DNA of 64,000 nt from Candidatus Bathyarchaeota archaeon (GCA_963782525.1 CAWAKC010000005.1:1-64000); one strand, 5' to 3'; numbered from the stretch's first letter, positions 31,515-42,340 are shown. The notes: a model not told the origin generated them from the letters alone. Program-made: numbers and translations.

Positions 31515-33209
31515 ATGACTGAACTAATCATAAAAAACGGGTTCGTCTTTGACCCCATAAACAAGGTTAATGGCGAAAAGATGGATATAGCCATCAAAAA
31601 CGGCAAAATCGTTGAAAAAGTCTCTCGCAAAGCCCAGGTGATAGATGCAGCGGGCTTAACAGTTTTTCCCGGCGGCGTTGACATTCACACACACATTGCA
31701 GGAGGAGAAGTTAACACTGGGAGAATGGTCCGACCCGAAGACCACATTAAAGATGTTGTAAACAAAACTGCAATTACTCGTTCTGGAACTGGCTATTCGA
31801 TCCCATCCACATTCGTCACAGGTTACCGCTACTCAAAGATGGGTTACACCACAGTGATGAACCCTTCGATGGCGCCGCTTGAAGCAAAACACACTCATGA
31901 AGAATTAAACGACATACCACTCCTAGACAAAGCCACATACCCCTTGCTGGGTGACTGGTGGTTTGTTCTGGAAAACCTTGCTAAAGGCAACATCGAAGAA
32001 TGCGCAAGACACGTAGCATGGATGATGAATATAACCAAAGGTTATGCCATAAAAATCGTTAATCCAGGCGGTTTAGAATCTTGGGGTTTTGGACACAACG
32101 TTCACAGCATCGACGATCAAGTACCAAACTTCTGTATTACCCCACGCGAAATCGTATGTGGCTTAGCTAAAGTTAATGCAATGCTAAACTTGCCTCACTC
32201 GATTCATCTTCACACAAACAACCTTGGACTACCTGGCAATTATACAACAACACTGGAAACGATGAAAGCGCTAGAAAGCGTCCCGCTTCAAAACGGCAGA
32301 CCCGTTGGCCACATTACTCATTTACAATTCGCCAGTTTCGGCGGCGATGGCTGGGGCAACATGAAATCGGCTGCAGAAGAAGTCTCAAGTTACATTAATG
32401 CCCATAACCATATGACTTTTGACATGGGACAAGTCATTTTCACAGACACCACAACCATGACAGCCGACGGACCCTTCGAGTTTACTCTCTACCAGCTCAG
32501 CGGACACAAATGGGTAAACAGCGACGTCGAAACGGAAACCAGCGGCGGAATCATACCCTTCCACTACAAAAAGAACAACGCCGTAAACGCAAAACAATGG
32601 TCAATCGGTTTAGAATTAGCCCTCCTAATCAAAGACCCCTGGAAAATGTTCCTGTCAACCGACCACCCCAACGGCGGACCATTCTTCTCTTACCCCAGAG
32701 TTCTCGCCTGGCTATATAGCAAGAATGCGCGTGCAGCAACTCTCAAGCGTTGCCACAAGAAAGCTCAAAGAGCAAGCCTACTCACCTCAATAGACCGCGA
32801 GCTTTCACTCTACGAGTTAGCTATAATGACCCGCGCTGGGCAAGCCAAAGCGTTAGGTCTCAAAAACAAAGGTCACCTTGGCGTAGGCGCAGACGCAGAT
32901 GTTGCAATTTACGCAATTAACCCTGAAACAACCGACATAGCCCGCAAGTACAAGACAGTGCGAAGAGCGTTCAAACATGCGGCTTATACAATTAAAGACG
33001 GACAAGTCGTCGTTAAAGACGGCGAAGTAGTTGGGCAAGCTGATGGTAGAACCATGTGGATAGATGTCCAAACAAAGGAACCGTGCATAATTGATGACCA
33101 AATGAAGAGTAAATTCAGACAATACTGGACCGTTGACTACGAAAACTACCCAGTAAGCGACCACTACGTAAAAGTTAAAGACCCAATAATCATCAAGGCG
33201 AGCGTCTAA
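31515..33209 (+). CDS. fwdA: Formylmethanofuran dehydrogenase subunit A
   Basis: DIHTHIAG, KIVNPGG, HLHTNNLG, TDHPNGGPF. Confidence 0.96.
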   Translation: MTELIIKNGFVFDPINKVNGEKMDIAIKNGKIVEKVSRKAQVIDAAGLTVFPGGVDIHTHIAGGEVNTGRMVRPEDHIKDVVNKTAITRSGTGYSIPSTFVTGYRYSKMGYTTVMNPSMAPLEAKHTHEELNDIPLLDKATYPLLGDWWFVLENLAKGNIEECARHVAWMMNITKGYAIKIVNPGGLESWGFGHNVHSIDDQVPNFCITPREIVCGLAKVNAMLNLPHSIHLHTNNLGLPGNYTTTLETMKALESVPLQNGRPVGHITHLQFASFGGDGWGNMKSAAEEVSSYINAHNHMTFDMGQVIFTDTTTMTADGPFEFTLYQLSGHKWVNSDVETETSGGIIPFHYKKNNAVNAKQWSIGLELALLIKDPWKMFLSTDHPNGGPFFSYPRVLAWLYSKNARAATLKRCHKKAQRASLLTSIDRELSLYELAIMTRAGQAKALGLKNKGHLGVGADADVAIYAINPETTDIARKYKTVRRAFKHAAYTIKDGQVVVKDGEVVGQADGRTMWIDVQTKEPCIIDDQMKSKFRQYWTVDYENYPVSDHYVKVKDPIIIKASV

Positions 33210-33210
33210 A

Positions 33211-34023
33211 ATGATAGTATTAACTCCACTCAAAAAATTCACTTTCCCAATCAATGCTGAATGCATAAACCCGGACATATTCCAGGGCAAAGACACCGCT
33301 GAAATAGGCAACCTCACCGTTTTCGAAGGCAACAAACAGAGAAAACTAAGTGACCTCTTCAAAATCGAAGAAGACAACGTTGAAGCAACTATCACCATAA
33401 ATGGCGACGTTAGCGAGGTCCGCAAGATTGGTGCGGGAATGAAAAACGGCGAAATCATAATCAATGGTGATGTCGGCATGCACCTGGGTGAAAAGATGGC
33501 AGGTGGCAAAATCACAGTCAACGGCGACGTATGCCAATGGGCAGGCGCATCAATGAAGAAAGGCTTAATCGAAATCCACGGCAACGCAGGAGACTATTTA
33601 GCTTCTCCGTACCGAGGAAGCACCGAAGGTATGAAAGGCGGCAAAATAGTTGTCGATGGCGATGTTGGAAGCGATTCCGGCGCTTATCTTCATGGAGGAT
33701 TAATCAAAATCAAAGGCAACAACGTCGGCCAGTTTTTAGGGTACCACATGAGCGATGGGACTATCCATGTTGAAAAGAACGCCACTACACGAGTAGGTGC
33801 AAACATGACTGGTGGAAAAATCATCGTTTCAGGTTACGTGGAGGAAGTCATGCCGAGCTTCACTATCGATAGTGTAAAACCAAAAGTCAAAGTTGATGTC
33901 ACCGAGTCTGCAGCTGGACCCTTCTACGTGTTCTTCGGCGACCTCGCAGAAAAAGGCACAGGCAAACTCTTCGTTTCAAAAACGAACAACCCACAAATGA
34001 AATCGTATGAAAAATACTTATAA
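33211..34023 (+). CDS. fwdC: Formylmethanofuran dehydrogenase subunit C
   Basis: Repeated G..M..G.I.I.G beta-helix motif. Confidence 0.95.
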   Translation: MIVLTPLKKFTFPINAECINPDIFQGKDTAEIGNLTVFEGNKQRKLSDLFKIEEDNVEATITINGDVSEVRKIGAGMKNGEIIINGDVGMHLGEKMAGGKITVNGDVCQWAGASMKKGLIEIHGNAGDYLASPYRGSTEGMKGGKIVVDGDVGSDSGAYLHGGLIKIKGNNVGQFLGYHMSDGTIHVEKNATTRVGANMTGGKIIVSGYVEEVMPSFTIDSVKPKVKVDVTESAAGPFYVFFGDLAEKGTGKLFVSKTNNPQMKSYEKYL

Positions 34024-34295
34024 TTTCTTTTTTGTTTGTTTTTGAAAGCTTTTTAAAACTTTTCTTTTATCCAAATAGCTTATGAGTATCACTATTAGGA
34101 ATGCAAGTAAGATTACGGTACCTATTGTTGAGATAATAGCGAGGTATATGTCGATGTATATTTTTAGAACTATGTACCCGTAAAAATTGCTCGCTGCGCC
34201 AAAAATAAAAAATGCTTCTAAAGCTAAGAGTCCTATTACGGCTAATCGGTCTTTAGTTTTTTGGTTTAGTGGTGTTATTTTTCTTTGCTCCTCTG
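34018..34295 (-). pseudogene. Possible frameshifted two-TM small membrane protein
   Basis: ...KDRLAVIGLLALEAF / IFGAASNFYGYIVLKIYIDIYLAIISTIGTVILLAFLIVILISY... joined across the A-tract at about 34201-34212. Confidence 0.35.
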
Positions 34296-34527
34296 AGAAC
34301 CTGGCATTTCAAGGTAAATGGATATTCTATTTTGTCATTGTAATAGATATATTAAAATGGATTTCTTAAGTCGTTTGAATCAGACATTTGATTTCTAACA
34401 AAACAAAAATCATGACGAAAACTTGAACAAATTGATTTAGAATTTTTGATTTTAGTTTCTTTCAAGAAGCCGAATGCCTTATCAACAGGGCTGAGTTCAA
34501 AACACAACAACACAAGAGGACAACATT

Positions 34528-35313
34528 ATGTGTCAAGTTGACATCGTAAAAATTGATTTGTCCAGTGGAAAAGCTCAAAAAATAGTTGATTACGTCGCAG
34601 AAGAATTTCCTCTCCAATTATTTGTTAACACAACTTTTTGGGCAACCATCCTTTGTTCACCAACCAACCTTAGGGAACTCGCTGTTGGGCACTTGCTCTC
34701 AGAAGGCATAGTGAAGTCGATAGGTGAAATAGAGGAAGTCACCCTCAACGAAAAAGAGCAATCCTGCACTGTTAAACTCATGCCCACGATCAAGGTAGAA
34801 GACAGAATCCAGATTTCGAGGCTCCATGCCCGCGTTATCCTGTCCGCATGCGGCAGCGGCTCACCCTATCAGTACAAAGGCAAAACCCCAAAAGTAGGAT
34901 CAACCTTGACAGTTAAAGCTCAAGTAATTTTCGACAGCGTTAACCAACTGAACTTTAAAGCTGAAGGCTTTAGGAAAACAGGGGGTTTGCATGTTGCAGC
35001 GATCTACAAGAGTGATGGCACACTCGTTTCTTTGGCTGAAGATGTTGGCAGGCACAACGCTGTGGATAAGGTGATCGGGATGGCAGCTTTGGGAAAGGTG
35101 GATTTTGGCGGCTGTTTTGTGGCTTTGAGCGGACGCATATCTGGCGATGTCGCGTTCAAGGCGGCTAAAGTTGGGTTGCCCATAGTAGCTTCACTGTCAG
35201 CTGCGCTTTCTTCAGGAATTGCCACTGCACAGGAATCGAACGTGACTTTAGCTGGGTTTGTACGTGGAAAACGCCTAAACGTTTACACCAACCCCGAACG
35301 AATAATCATCTAA
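34528..35313 (+). CDS. fdhD: Formate dehydrogenase accessory sulfurtransferase
   Basis: TGGLH.A, EDVGRHNAVDKVIG, SGR. Confidence 0.94.
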   Translation: MCQVDIVKIDLSSGKAQKIVDYVAEEFPLQLFVNTTFWATILCSPTNLRELAVGHLLSEGIVKSIGEIEEVTLNEKEQSCTVKLMPTIKVEDRIQISRLHARVILSACGSGSPYQYKGKTPKVGSTLTVKAQVIFDSVNQLNFKAEGFRKTGGLHVAAIYKSDGTLVSLAEDVGRHNAVDKVIGMAALGKVDFGGCFVALSGRISGDVAFKAAKVGLPIVASLSAALSSGIATAQESNVTLAGFVRGKRLNVYTNPERIII

Positions 35314-36364
35314 CTTTTAACTTTTCGATTTGGGTTTCGCACCATGACTTGTCTGCCCTTGCCCTCTCAGCCAACATGTAACAGCCGTTTTTCTCGTAGA
35401 TTTCTGCTTCTGAAATATAATTGCGGGCAGCTTTTCCTAGAATTTCTTTGATTTCCTCAACTAATTCTTGCCTGCCACATTTCTCAAGAGTACTTAACAG
35501 ACTTTTGGCTTCATACTCACGGCTAATTGCAGCCCAAAATGCTGCGTCTTCGGTTTCAAACTGAACAGCACATTCTAAAAACTCCTTTGTTGCTCCCAAA
35601 AAATCAGAATTGTCTCGTTTCAGGGATGCTTCAGCTAGGCGCTGAATTTCCCCAGTGGCTAATGCCCCAAGGTTTAATTGTACATTTTCACCGAGTGCTC
35701 CTTGCCCTTGACGGGGAATCAGTCGACTTAGATCTTCTTGACAGTTTATGTTTATGAAACTTTTGAGTTCGGGGTCTATGTTTTTGATTTCGCCAAGTGG
35801 CGATAAGAGCAAAGTTTTCATAGCGCCTCTAATGATGTCGTCTGGGTGTGAGCGTCCCAGCAGGCAGAGAACAGTTGTGATCTCTAAAGCGCTCTTTCGT
35901 TCTAAAACCATGAGTAGTGTTTCGAGTCTTCCGTTTGGCCACATTGGAACTGCAACAATAGAACCGTCGATTTCGTTAAACATATATTCAGCGACTTTTG
36001 GGTTAAGCTTGGGGACATCACATGGAATTGTGATGCAGTGATCTGCGGTGGTCGCATTCAAGCCTGTTAAAATCGCAATTAAGGGACCGCTTAGGTCCTT
36101 GATTTTTAGGTCGGTTACAATTCTTGCTTTTTGTATATTATACTTTTCTAAAACTTCCCGATACTGAGATATCCTTATTTCATTCTCATTAACTACCACG
36201 ACTATCTCGTCAATGGTACCTTGAATGTTTTCGATGACATGAATTAAAAGGGGTTTGCCGTCCAGTTCAGCGAGTGCTTTATCCTGCCACTTGTCATTTG
36301 TGGTTTGGAATCTTTTGGCTTTTCCCCCCGCAAGAATGATTGCTGCCCGCTTAGTCATTAACAC
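35306..36364 (-). CDS. mobA: Molybdenum cofactor guanylyltransferase with C-terminal helical extension
   Basis: ILAGGKAKRF, DKAL, GPL.AI, PCDVP, FININ. Confidence 0.88.
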   Translation of the reverse strand: MLMTKRAAIILAGGKAKRFQTTNDKWQDKALAELDGKPLLIHVIENIQGTIDEIVVVVNENEIRISQYREVLEKYNIQKARIVTDLKIKDLSGPLIAILTGLNATTADHCITIPCDVPKLNPKVAEYMFNEIDGSIVAVPMWPNGRLETLLMVLERKSALEITTVLCLLGRSHPDDIIRGAMKTLLLSPLGEIKNIDPELKSFININCQEDLSRLIPRQGQGALGENVQLNLGALATGEIQRLAEASLKRDNSDFLGATKEFLECAVQFETEDAAFWAAISREYEAKSLLSTLEKCGRQELVEEIKEILGKAARNYISEAEIYEKNGCYMLAERARADKSWCETQIEKLKVR

Positions 36365-36429
36365 TCTTGATAGTAGAAATCAGGGCAGTTTATCTAATTT
36401 TCTTGGAGCATACTCACTTTTGGCTCGTC

Positions 36430-36957
36430 TTAGATGGTTTTTTTTACTATTTCCAGCAGCTTAGCGCCTTCGTCAGGCAAGTTAATGAAAGGTATATCGC
36501 TGGGAGGCTGCTTGGCTTTAGCGATTAGTCCAGTAATTGCAATTATGGGTGGAACAGTCATGTTTAACGTCGTTTGGAGGTCTTCAGGCGTTTTTGCGGT
36601 TATGATTTTTAGGATTTCTGGTCTTTTGGAAATTTCTCCCTTAAATCCCTCGACGAAAATGATGTCTAATTTTTCATTTTCTAGATATTTAATGACTTTG
36701 TTTAAATCGTTTAGGGCTGCGGTTGTTTTTTCTATTATTGCTATTTCTTCAGGAGAAATAGCTACAGTAATTCTCGACCCTGCTTTGCTGAATCTCCAGG
36801 TGTTGGTGCCTTCTTTATCGATGGTGAAGCCTTCGCGGTGAATATGTTTTATTGAACCGATTCGGTAACCCTCACTGCTAAGATGGGAAATTAGATATTC
36901 TAGTGTGGTTGTTTTTCCTGAACCACTTATTCCGATAGCAGCAATTATAATAGCCAT
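36430..36957 (-). CDS. mobB: Molybdopterin-guanine dinucleotide biosynthesis protein B
   Basis: GISGSGKTT, IKH, D.EG..T, VEGFK. Confidence 0.92.
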   Translation of the reverse strand: MAIIIAAIGISGSGKTTTLEYLISHLSSEGYRIGSIKHIHREGFTIDKEGTNTWRFSKAGSRITVAISPEEIAIIEKTTAALNDLNKVIKYLENEKLDIIFVEGFKGEISKRPEILKIITAKTPEDLQTTLNMTVPPIIAITGLIAKAKQPPSDIPFINLPDEGAKLLEIVKKTI

Positions 36958-37685
36958 TTGGCAGGTTACCTCTTCTGAAAAACTATTTGATGCGCTTTAA
37001 TAAACTCGGCGATTTAGCGCTCAACAAACCATTTATGTCTCGTATTCTTTGAGTTTTACCCGTATCTCGACTGGTTTTACTTCTTCCAATCAGTTCGTTG
37101 TTTCCTGCAACTAACCTTTCAAAGGTTTCTAGAATTAAGTGCTTAACCGCCCCGGATTGATTAAGAAAACGGGATTAAAGACGGGCAAGGAAGAAGTTGC
37201 TGCTGCTGATGCAACACCTTTTTGTACCTCGACTATTGCATCTTTCAGAACTAAACCCAAATTAGAATATTGAATTTTCCGAAGGTCTAATTGATTCGCG
37301 CCGGATAGGAGCCAGAGAAGTTGTTGTTGTTGTTGCAACTGCTTTCTGCAGACCGGTTGCAACAACAATCAAAGACAAACCCAATTGTAAAATTTGGCCT
37401 AATGAAAGAACAACAACAGCCAAAAAATTCAGCGTGTTGTTGTTCTACCACAGACTTGCCTGCATTCACAAGCAATAAACATACTCATCAACAAAAACGA
37501 CAAACAACTACAGCTACGCCTTCAGCCCTTTATAGAAAGCTGTTTCCTATCAATATTTTATGAAATTCTATCGATACCTTTCCCACTTTTGAATAACAAA
37601 GGAAAAGCCATAACAAATAATGAGAATACTTTTCCTTTAAAAAATGTGATTCAAAACTAACTATCGCACGCTCTACTGATTAAGC

Positions 37686-38060
37686 CTACTCCGTGTCTTC
37701 TTCAAGTTTAACCCAGATTTTTCCAGATTTAATCTTCCAATCATACATAGTTAATTTAAAACCAGGCGCTTCCTCGTACTCACCTATCGTTAAATCGAAT
37801 CGCCAATCATGGCAGGGACAAACAATAACCAAGCCGTCAAGTGTGCCGCCTGATAAACTACATGCCATGTGGGGGCAACGGTTGTTTATAACGAAGATTT
37901 CGCCCTGTTTTTTAATGAATAGAACCGGCGTGCCTTCGACAGAGACGAGTTTCATTTTTCCTTCCTGCAACTCTTTTTCATCTAAGACCGGCACAAAACT
38001 ATTAGGGACTTCCATTTCAGGTACTCCATAAGTCTGATTAATAATTTGCTGAACAGACAT
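37686..38060 (-). CDS. Rieske [2Fe-2S] ferredoxin
   Basis: CPH...CPCHDWRFDL..G. Confidence 0.92.
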   Translation of the reverse strand: MSVQQIINQTYGVPEMEVPNSFVPVLDEKELQEGKMKLVSVEGTPVLFIKKQGEIFVINNRCPHMACSLSGGTLDGLVIVCPCHDWRFDLTIGEYEEAPGFKLTMYDWKIKSGKIWVKLEEDTE

Positions 38061-38177
38061 TTAGAACTTGCCCATGGTCTCACCCAAAAAACAAAAGTAA
38101 CCCAATCCACAACAAAAAGCTGAAAAACCAACACCGCCAACAATCGAGCACAAAAAAATTTTAAATTGTGTAAACAA

Positions 38178-39824
38178 CTATTTTTCTCTGAACTTCACAA
38201 ACCAAACTGCGCCGCCAACCGCCGACGCCACAACCAAACCAATAATGATAAACAATGAATATTTCACGTAGATGGGCGGTTCATTTACTGTTATGGTTAA
38301 GGGTTCGCTGTCGCATCTCCAGGAACTTTGCGTTTCAGGAACGGTTGCGCTGACAGACCAAGCACCCGAAGAATCAGGCTTAAAGTTGGCTGTAAAATTG
38401 CCATTCTGGGTTACTGTGGCATTTACTGTTTGAGTGGAGTTGCTTGTAGAAAACTGCACCTTGACTTTTGAGTTGTTGTCGTTGGGTGTTATTTTCCCTG
38501 TTATAGTGATGTTTTCGCCGAGGCGTATGGGGTCTTTGATAACGTTGATGTTTAACGTAGGCTGCGCCTTCACTTTGTAGTTGCCTGTTGCCGTCATATT
38601 ATTGTTCAAAACGTCGCATGCATTTATTCGGTACTGCACAATTGAACCAGCCGTTTGTCCTGGAAGAGTAGCGTTGCATGTTTGGTTGCTGATTGCCATG
38701 TCAACGTTGGTGGTACTGGTCCAGTTGTTGGTGGTGTAGGATAGTTGAGCTGTTTGTAAGCTGGCGTTATTGGATAGATAAGAGATTTTTGCTGGGGTCT
38801 CGGGGTAAACTCTTGTTGGAATAACAAGTGGCGTCATCGATGTGTTTCCAAACTGGGTTTTAAGCATGAATTGGATGATTCCGCTACCTACTTCGCCGAT
38901 GAGAACTAAATGGTAGAGGTTTGCGCATGTGTTGGGTGATGTGTAGTTTAGAAACATTGATTTTCCCATGTATTCGCAGCTTGCATAAGCGACGCCTCGG
39001 TACCCGTTGCTTTCAAAATTGTAGCCACCCACCGAACCCGTCAAGTTACCGTACAATCCAGATTCCAGGGGCAATGGAAAAGAGTTTAAAGTGGGTGATT
39101 TAGCGTTGTTCATAAGGTAAAGTCTTGCTTCATACATATCTAGCGTTTGAGGAACATTGACGTACAACTCAACTTTGGATGCGTTGGTGGCGAATTCAAA
39201 GGCCCAGTTTGTGTAGAAACTTGAGTCAGGGCCGCTGGCTCCTTCCATGGGCGTTGTGTACCATTGGTCAGTTTCAAGATTTTCAATAATCATAAATGTT
39301 GCTTGCTGAGCACTTTCGCTGTCGTTGGGGTTATTTATTATGACAAAAGAGTAGTTTCCCGTTTGGGTGGGCGTAAAAAGTGCGTCGTTTACGGTTGTGC
39401 CTAAATGTTCTGGGAGCCCTGCTGCTTCGGTGTGTGTGCTCTCCAAGTTTCCAGATGGATCATAAACGTAGATGTCGTAGTCTGTTTTAGCTTGGGAGGA
39501 TATGTTTATGCAGGCTCCATAAAAGTACACGTGGTAGTTATGGTCTGCTTTTAAGGGGCAGGTGATTGTCCAGTTTGCGCCAATCTGTATTTGAGAATTG
39601 TTTATCATAACAGGGAAGATGGGTTTTTCAATGTAAGTGTAGTTTCCAGAGGCAGAGTTGACGTTGGTATGAACGTAGTTGGTGTATTCTGAGGCGGTGG
39701 TTAACTGTAGAACTGAAGCTTGCGCCAGAAATATAGGGCTGAACGCTAACACTATGATTGTAATCAACGATAGGATTTTTGTTTGGGGATGGGTTTTTGG
39801 GGGCATGGATTGCTCAGCTTGCAA
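38178..39824 (-). CDS. Cell-surface protein with Ig-like domains and C-terminal TM anchor
   Basis: Signal peptide, many NxS/T sequons, beta-rich repeats, C-terminal TM followed by a basic tail. Confidence 0.8.
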   Translation of the reverse strand: MQAEQSMPPKTHPQTKILSLITIIVLAFSPIFLAQASVLQLTTASEYTNYVHTNVNSASGNYTYIEKPIFPVMINNSQIQIGANWTITCPLKADHNYHVYFYGACINISSQAKTDYDIYVYDPSGNLESTHTEAAGLPEHLGTTVNDALFTPTQTGNYSFVIINNPNDSESAQQATFMIIENLETDQWYTTPMEGASGPDSSFYTNWAFEFATNASKVELYVNVPQTLDMYEARLYLMNNAKSPTLNSFPLPLESGLYGNLTGSVGGYNFESNGYRGVAYASCEYMGKSMFLNYTSPNTCANLYHLVLIGEVGSGIIQFMLKTQFGNTSMTPLVIPTRVYPETPAKISYLSNNASLQTAQLSYTTNNWTSTTNVDMAISNQTCNATLPGQTAGSIVQYRINACDVLNNNMTATGNYKVKAQPTLNINVIKDPIRLGENITITGKITPNDNNSKVKVQFSTSNSTQTVNATVTQNGNFTANFKPDSSGAWSVSATVPETQSSWRCDSEPLTITVNEPPIYVKYSLFIIIGLVVASAVGGAVWFVKFREK

Positions 39825-40117
39825 GTTCAGTAAACTAAGTGATGCGTGCTAAACAATAATGGTTATGAAGGCTGAATCAATATTTCCACGACGTAATTGA
39901 CCGCCTGCGCTTTTTTGGAGTTTTTTGGGGAAACTTGGCAACTTTAACTATTTTCATTTTGGGTGATTTGGTGATTTTGGGACCTTATTTTTGATTTAGA
40001 TTGGTGAAGTGGCTTTAGCTTATGTAGTTGTGAGCAGAAGAGAGCGTATTGAATCTTGCTACGGAATACATTAATAAGGAATTGTCTGTCTTAACTGCTA
40101 CAGGTGAAAATAATCGC

Positions 40118-40642
40118 ATGAACCGCCTATTAAAAAACCGCCTCGCACTAAGCACAGTCATAACAACACTCATCATTCTAGTTGTATCCATCTTGCTCGC
40201 AAGCGTCCTAACATACTTCGCCATAAACGTAGTCAGCACAAGAGTTCAGGAAGAAAGTTTACACGTTTCTAATCAGCACATCTGGGTCGATCAAACAACA
40301 GGCAGCGCAGTAGGTGCAATAACGATAGCTAATATTGGTGGACGTGACGTAGTCATTAACAAAATTGCTGTACGTGGACAAGCAAGCGCATGGACAAATG
40401 TATACACCAATTCATCAGCTCTTGCCTCTAGCGGCGACATAGATTATGCCGCAGCCGCAGCACAGACAGATTTCACAGTAGCTTCAAAGGATTTGGTGCT
40501 ACCATCAGGTTCAACCATAGGTATAGTGATTACTGCACCAGACAGCATCACCCTCAATGACATCGGCCTAACAGTAAGCATCGGCGTTAACAGTGCTCAA
40601 GCCGTGTACTATAGCGAGACAAACATACAAGCAAACCCATAA
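40118..40642 (+). CDS. Type IV pilin/archaellin-like major subunit 1
   Basis: Class III-like signal KNRLA/LSTVITTLIILVVS; aggtga RBS-like site upstream. Confidence 0.85.
   Translation: MNRLLKNRLALSTVITTLIILVVSILLASVLTYFAINVVSTRVQEESLHVSNQHIWVDQTTGSAVGAITIANIGGRDVVINKIAVRGQASAWTNVYTNSSALASSGDIDYAAAAAQTDFTVASKDLVLPSGSTIGIVITAPDSITLNDIGLTVSIGVNSAQAVYYSETNIQANP
40368..40570 (+). repeat. 203-bp exact direct repeat, copy 1
   Basis: Identical to 41024-41226 by direct read-through. Confidence 0.92.
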
Positions 40643-40773
40643 AACTCAAAAACATATCCCGAAGACCTCTATTTTTTTATTTTTAATTATTTTTTGTAGA
40701 GTGTATTTTTTTTTACGCACAAGGTTACTTATTCAAAAATAGTGTAATTGCTCTTTCAAGGAGTAAAAAAATA

Positions 40774-41298
40774 ATGAGAAACATAATGAAAAATCGTTTA
40801 GCTCTAAGCACAGTCGTAACAACGCTGATCATTCTCGTAGTTTCAGTGCTACTCGCAGGTGTCGTTACATACTTTGCAATCAACGTAACAAGCACAAGAG
40901 TTCAAGAAGAAAGCCTATCTGTTTCAAACCAGCACCTCTGGGTTTCTGGAACTGATGGTTCTGCAGTAGGCGCAATTACGGTGACTAACACTGGCGGACG
41001 CGACGTAGTCATTAGCAAAATCACTGTACGTGGACAAGCAAGCGCATGGACAAATGTATACACCAATTCATCAGCTCTTGCCTCTAGCGGCGACATAGAT
41101 TATGCCGCAGCCGCAGCACAGACAGATTTCACAGTAGCTTCAAAGGATTTGGTGCTACCATCAGGTTCAACCATAGGTATAGTGATTACTGCACCAGACA
41201 GCATCACCCTCAATGACATCGGCCTATCAGTTGCATTCACCGTCTTCACCTCGCAAGCGATGTACTATAAAGAAACAAACATACAAGCAGCGCCATAA
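40774..41298 (+). CDS. Type IV pilin/archaellin-like major subunit 2
   Basis: KNRLA/LSTVVTTLIILVVS; paralog of the 40118 gene. Confidence 0.85.
   Translation: MRNIMKNRLALSTVVTTLIILVVSVLLAGVVTYFAINVTSTRVQEESLSVSNQHLWVSGTDGSAVGAITVTNTGGRDVVISKITVRGQASAWTNVYTNSSALASSGDIDYAAAAAQTDFTVASKDLVLPSGSTIGIVITAPDSITLNDIGLSVAFTVFTSQAMYYKETNIQAAP
41024..41226 (+). repeat. 203-bp exact direct repeat, copy 2
   Basis: Identical to 40368-40570. Confidence 0.92.
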
Positions 41299-41506
41299 TC
41301 ATAGGTTAAAATAAATAACCTAAGAAAAATCCCCCCCCACTTTCTTTTCTCTTTTTAAAAAACTTTTTCAATAACATTAATTATGAGGCAATTTGATTTT
41401 TCACCCAATTTTTCCAAAACAATCTGTCTATTGTTTTACACACAAACGGCTTAATCCAATTTTTCCCATGTATTACAAAATAAGCGTTTATGTGTGAGAG
41501 GATAGC

Positions 41507-42340
41507 ATGAAGGTAAGTTTACGCCATTTCAAGAGATTTGCCCGTTCCAAGTACGCTATGGCCTTACCTGTAACTTTCCTGATTCTATTCGTGTCAACTC
41601 TAAGCATAGTATCATTCACTTACTATTTTTCAGTTGAAAAAATTAATTCACAAGGGCAAACCCTTAAAGTTTCCACATCTAAAGAAAGTCTCATTGCTTT
41701 GAACGATGAAATTATTTCGACTCTGGGGCAGCCTGGGTCCTCAACCACGTTTGATTTGAGCGATTCAGGCGGATTACTAAAAATCCTGCCCAATAGCAAC
41801 GTTCTAACCCTACGCATCAACGGTAACTCAGAGGTTCAAGACACCATCTTTAACATTTCAATCGGCAAAATAATTTATGAACTACCATATTCAAGCACCT
41901 CAGAAACAGGCTTATACCTCGCAGGTGACAGCCGAACAATAACCAACCAAAGCGGATCCTCAACAAGCCAACTTTGCATAGCGCAGGGCTCTGAACACCC
42001 CGAAATCCAGCTGCAATACCGACCAACAGTGACGTATGCAGTTTCGGGCGAAGAAGGCGGCAAAGCAGTCAACAACATACGCGTCTACATCGTTAACCTG
42101 AACTCTTCAATGGAGATAGCGGTGCAGGGTGAGCTTCCACTTCAAATATCCTGCACAAGCACGCAGCTTGAATCGCAAAATTATGCGGTTTCTTATGCAG
42201 TAGGAAACTTAGCGTTAACTTCAGTCTTAAATGGTTCAAGCGGAAGCGTTTCAGTTCCAATTTCAAGCACAAGCGAAGGCGCCATTATTCATATAGAGAC
42301 AGTTGTTTCCAACGTTTCGATCCAGAGGTGGATCCGCTGA
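41507..42340 (+). CDS. Minor pilin-like protein
   Basis: Basic N-terminus, hydrophobic helix, beta-rich body; within the T4P operon. Confidence 0.72.
   Translation: MKVSLRHFKRFARSKYAMALPVTFLILFVSTLSIVSFTYYFSVEKINSQGQTLKVSTSKESLIALNDEIISTLGQPGSSTTFDLSDSGGLLKILPNSNVLTLRINGNSEVQDTIFNISIGKIIYELPYSSTSETGLYLAGDSRTITNQSGSSTSQLCIAQGSEHPEIQLQYRPTVTYAVSGEEGGKAVNNIRVYIVNLNSSMEIAVQGELPLQISCTSTQLESQNYAVSYAVGNLALTSVLNGSSGSVSVPISSTSEGAIIHIETVVSNVSIQRWIR

Noticed and set aside
32853-33584. 243-aa minus-strand ORF and similar antisense ORFs throughout
   Set aside because: Fully overlap confident genes (fwdA/fwdC and others) and lack motifs.
37135-37563. CRISPR array, or a Cys-rich peptide ORF at 37287-37475
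   Set aside because: No repeat-spacer periodicity; the Cys/Asn/Gln runs arise from trinucleotide low complexity.
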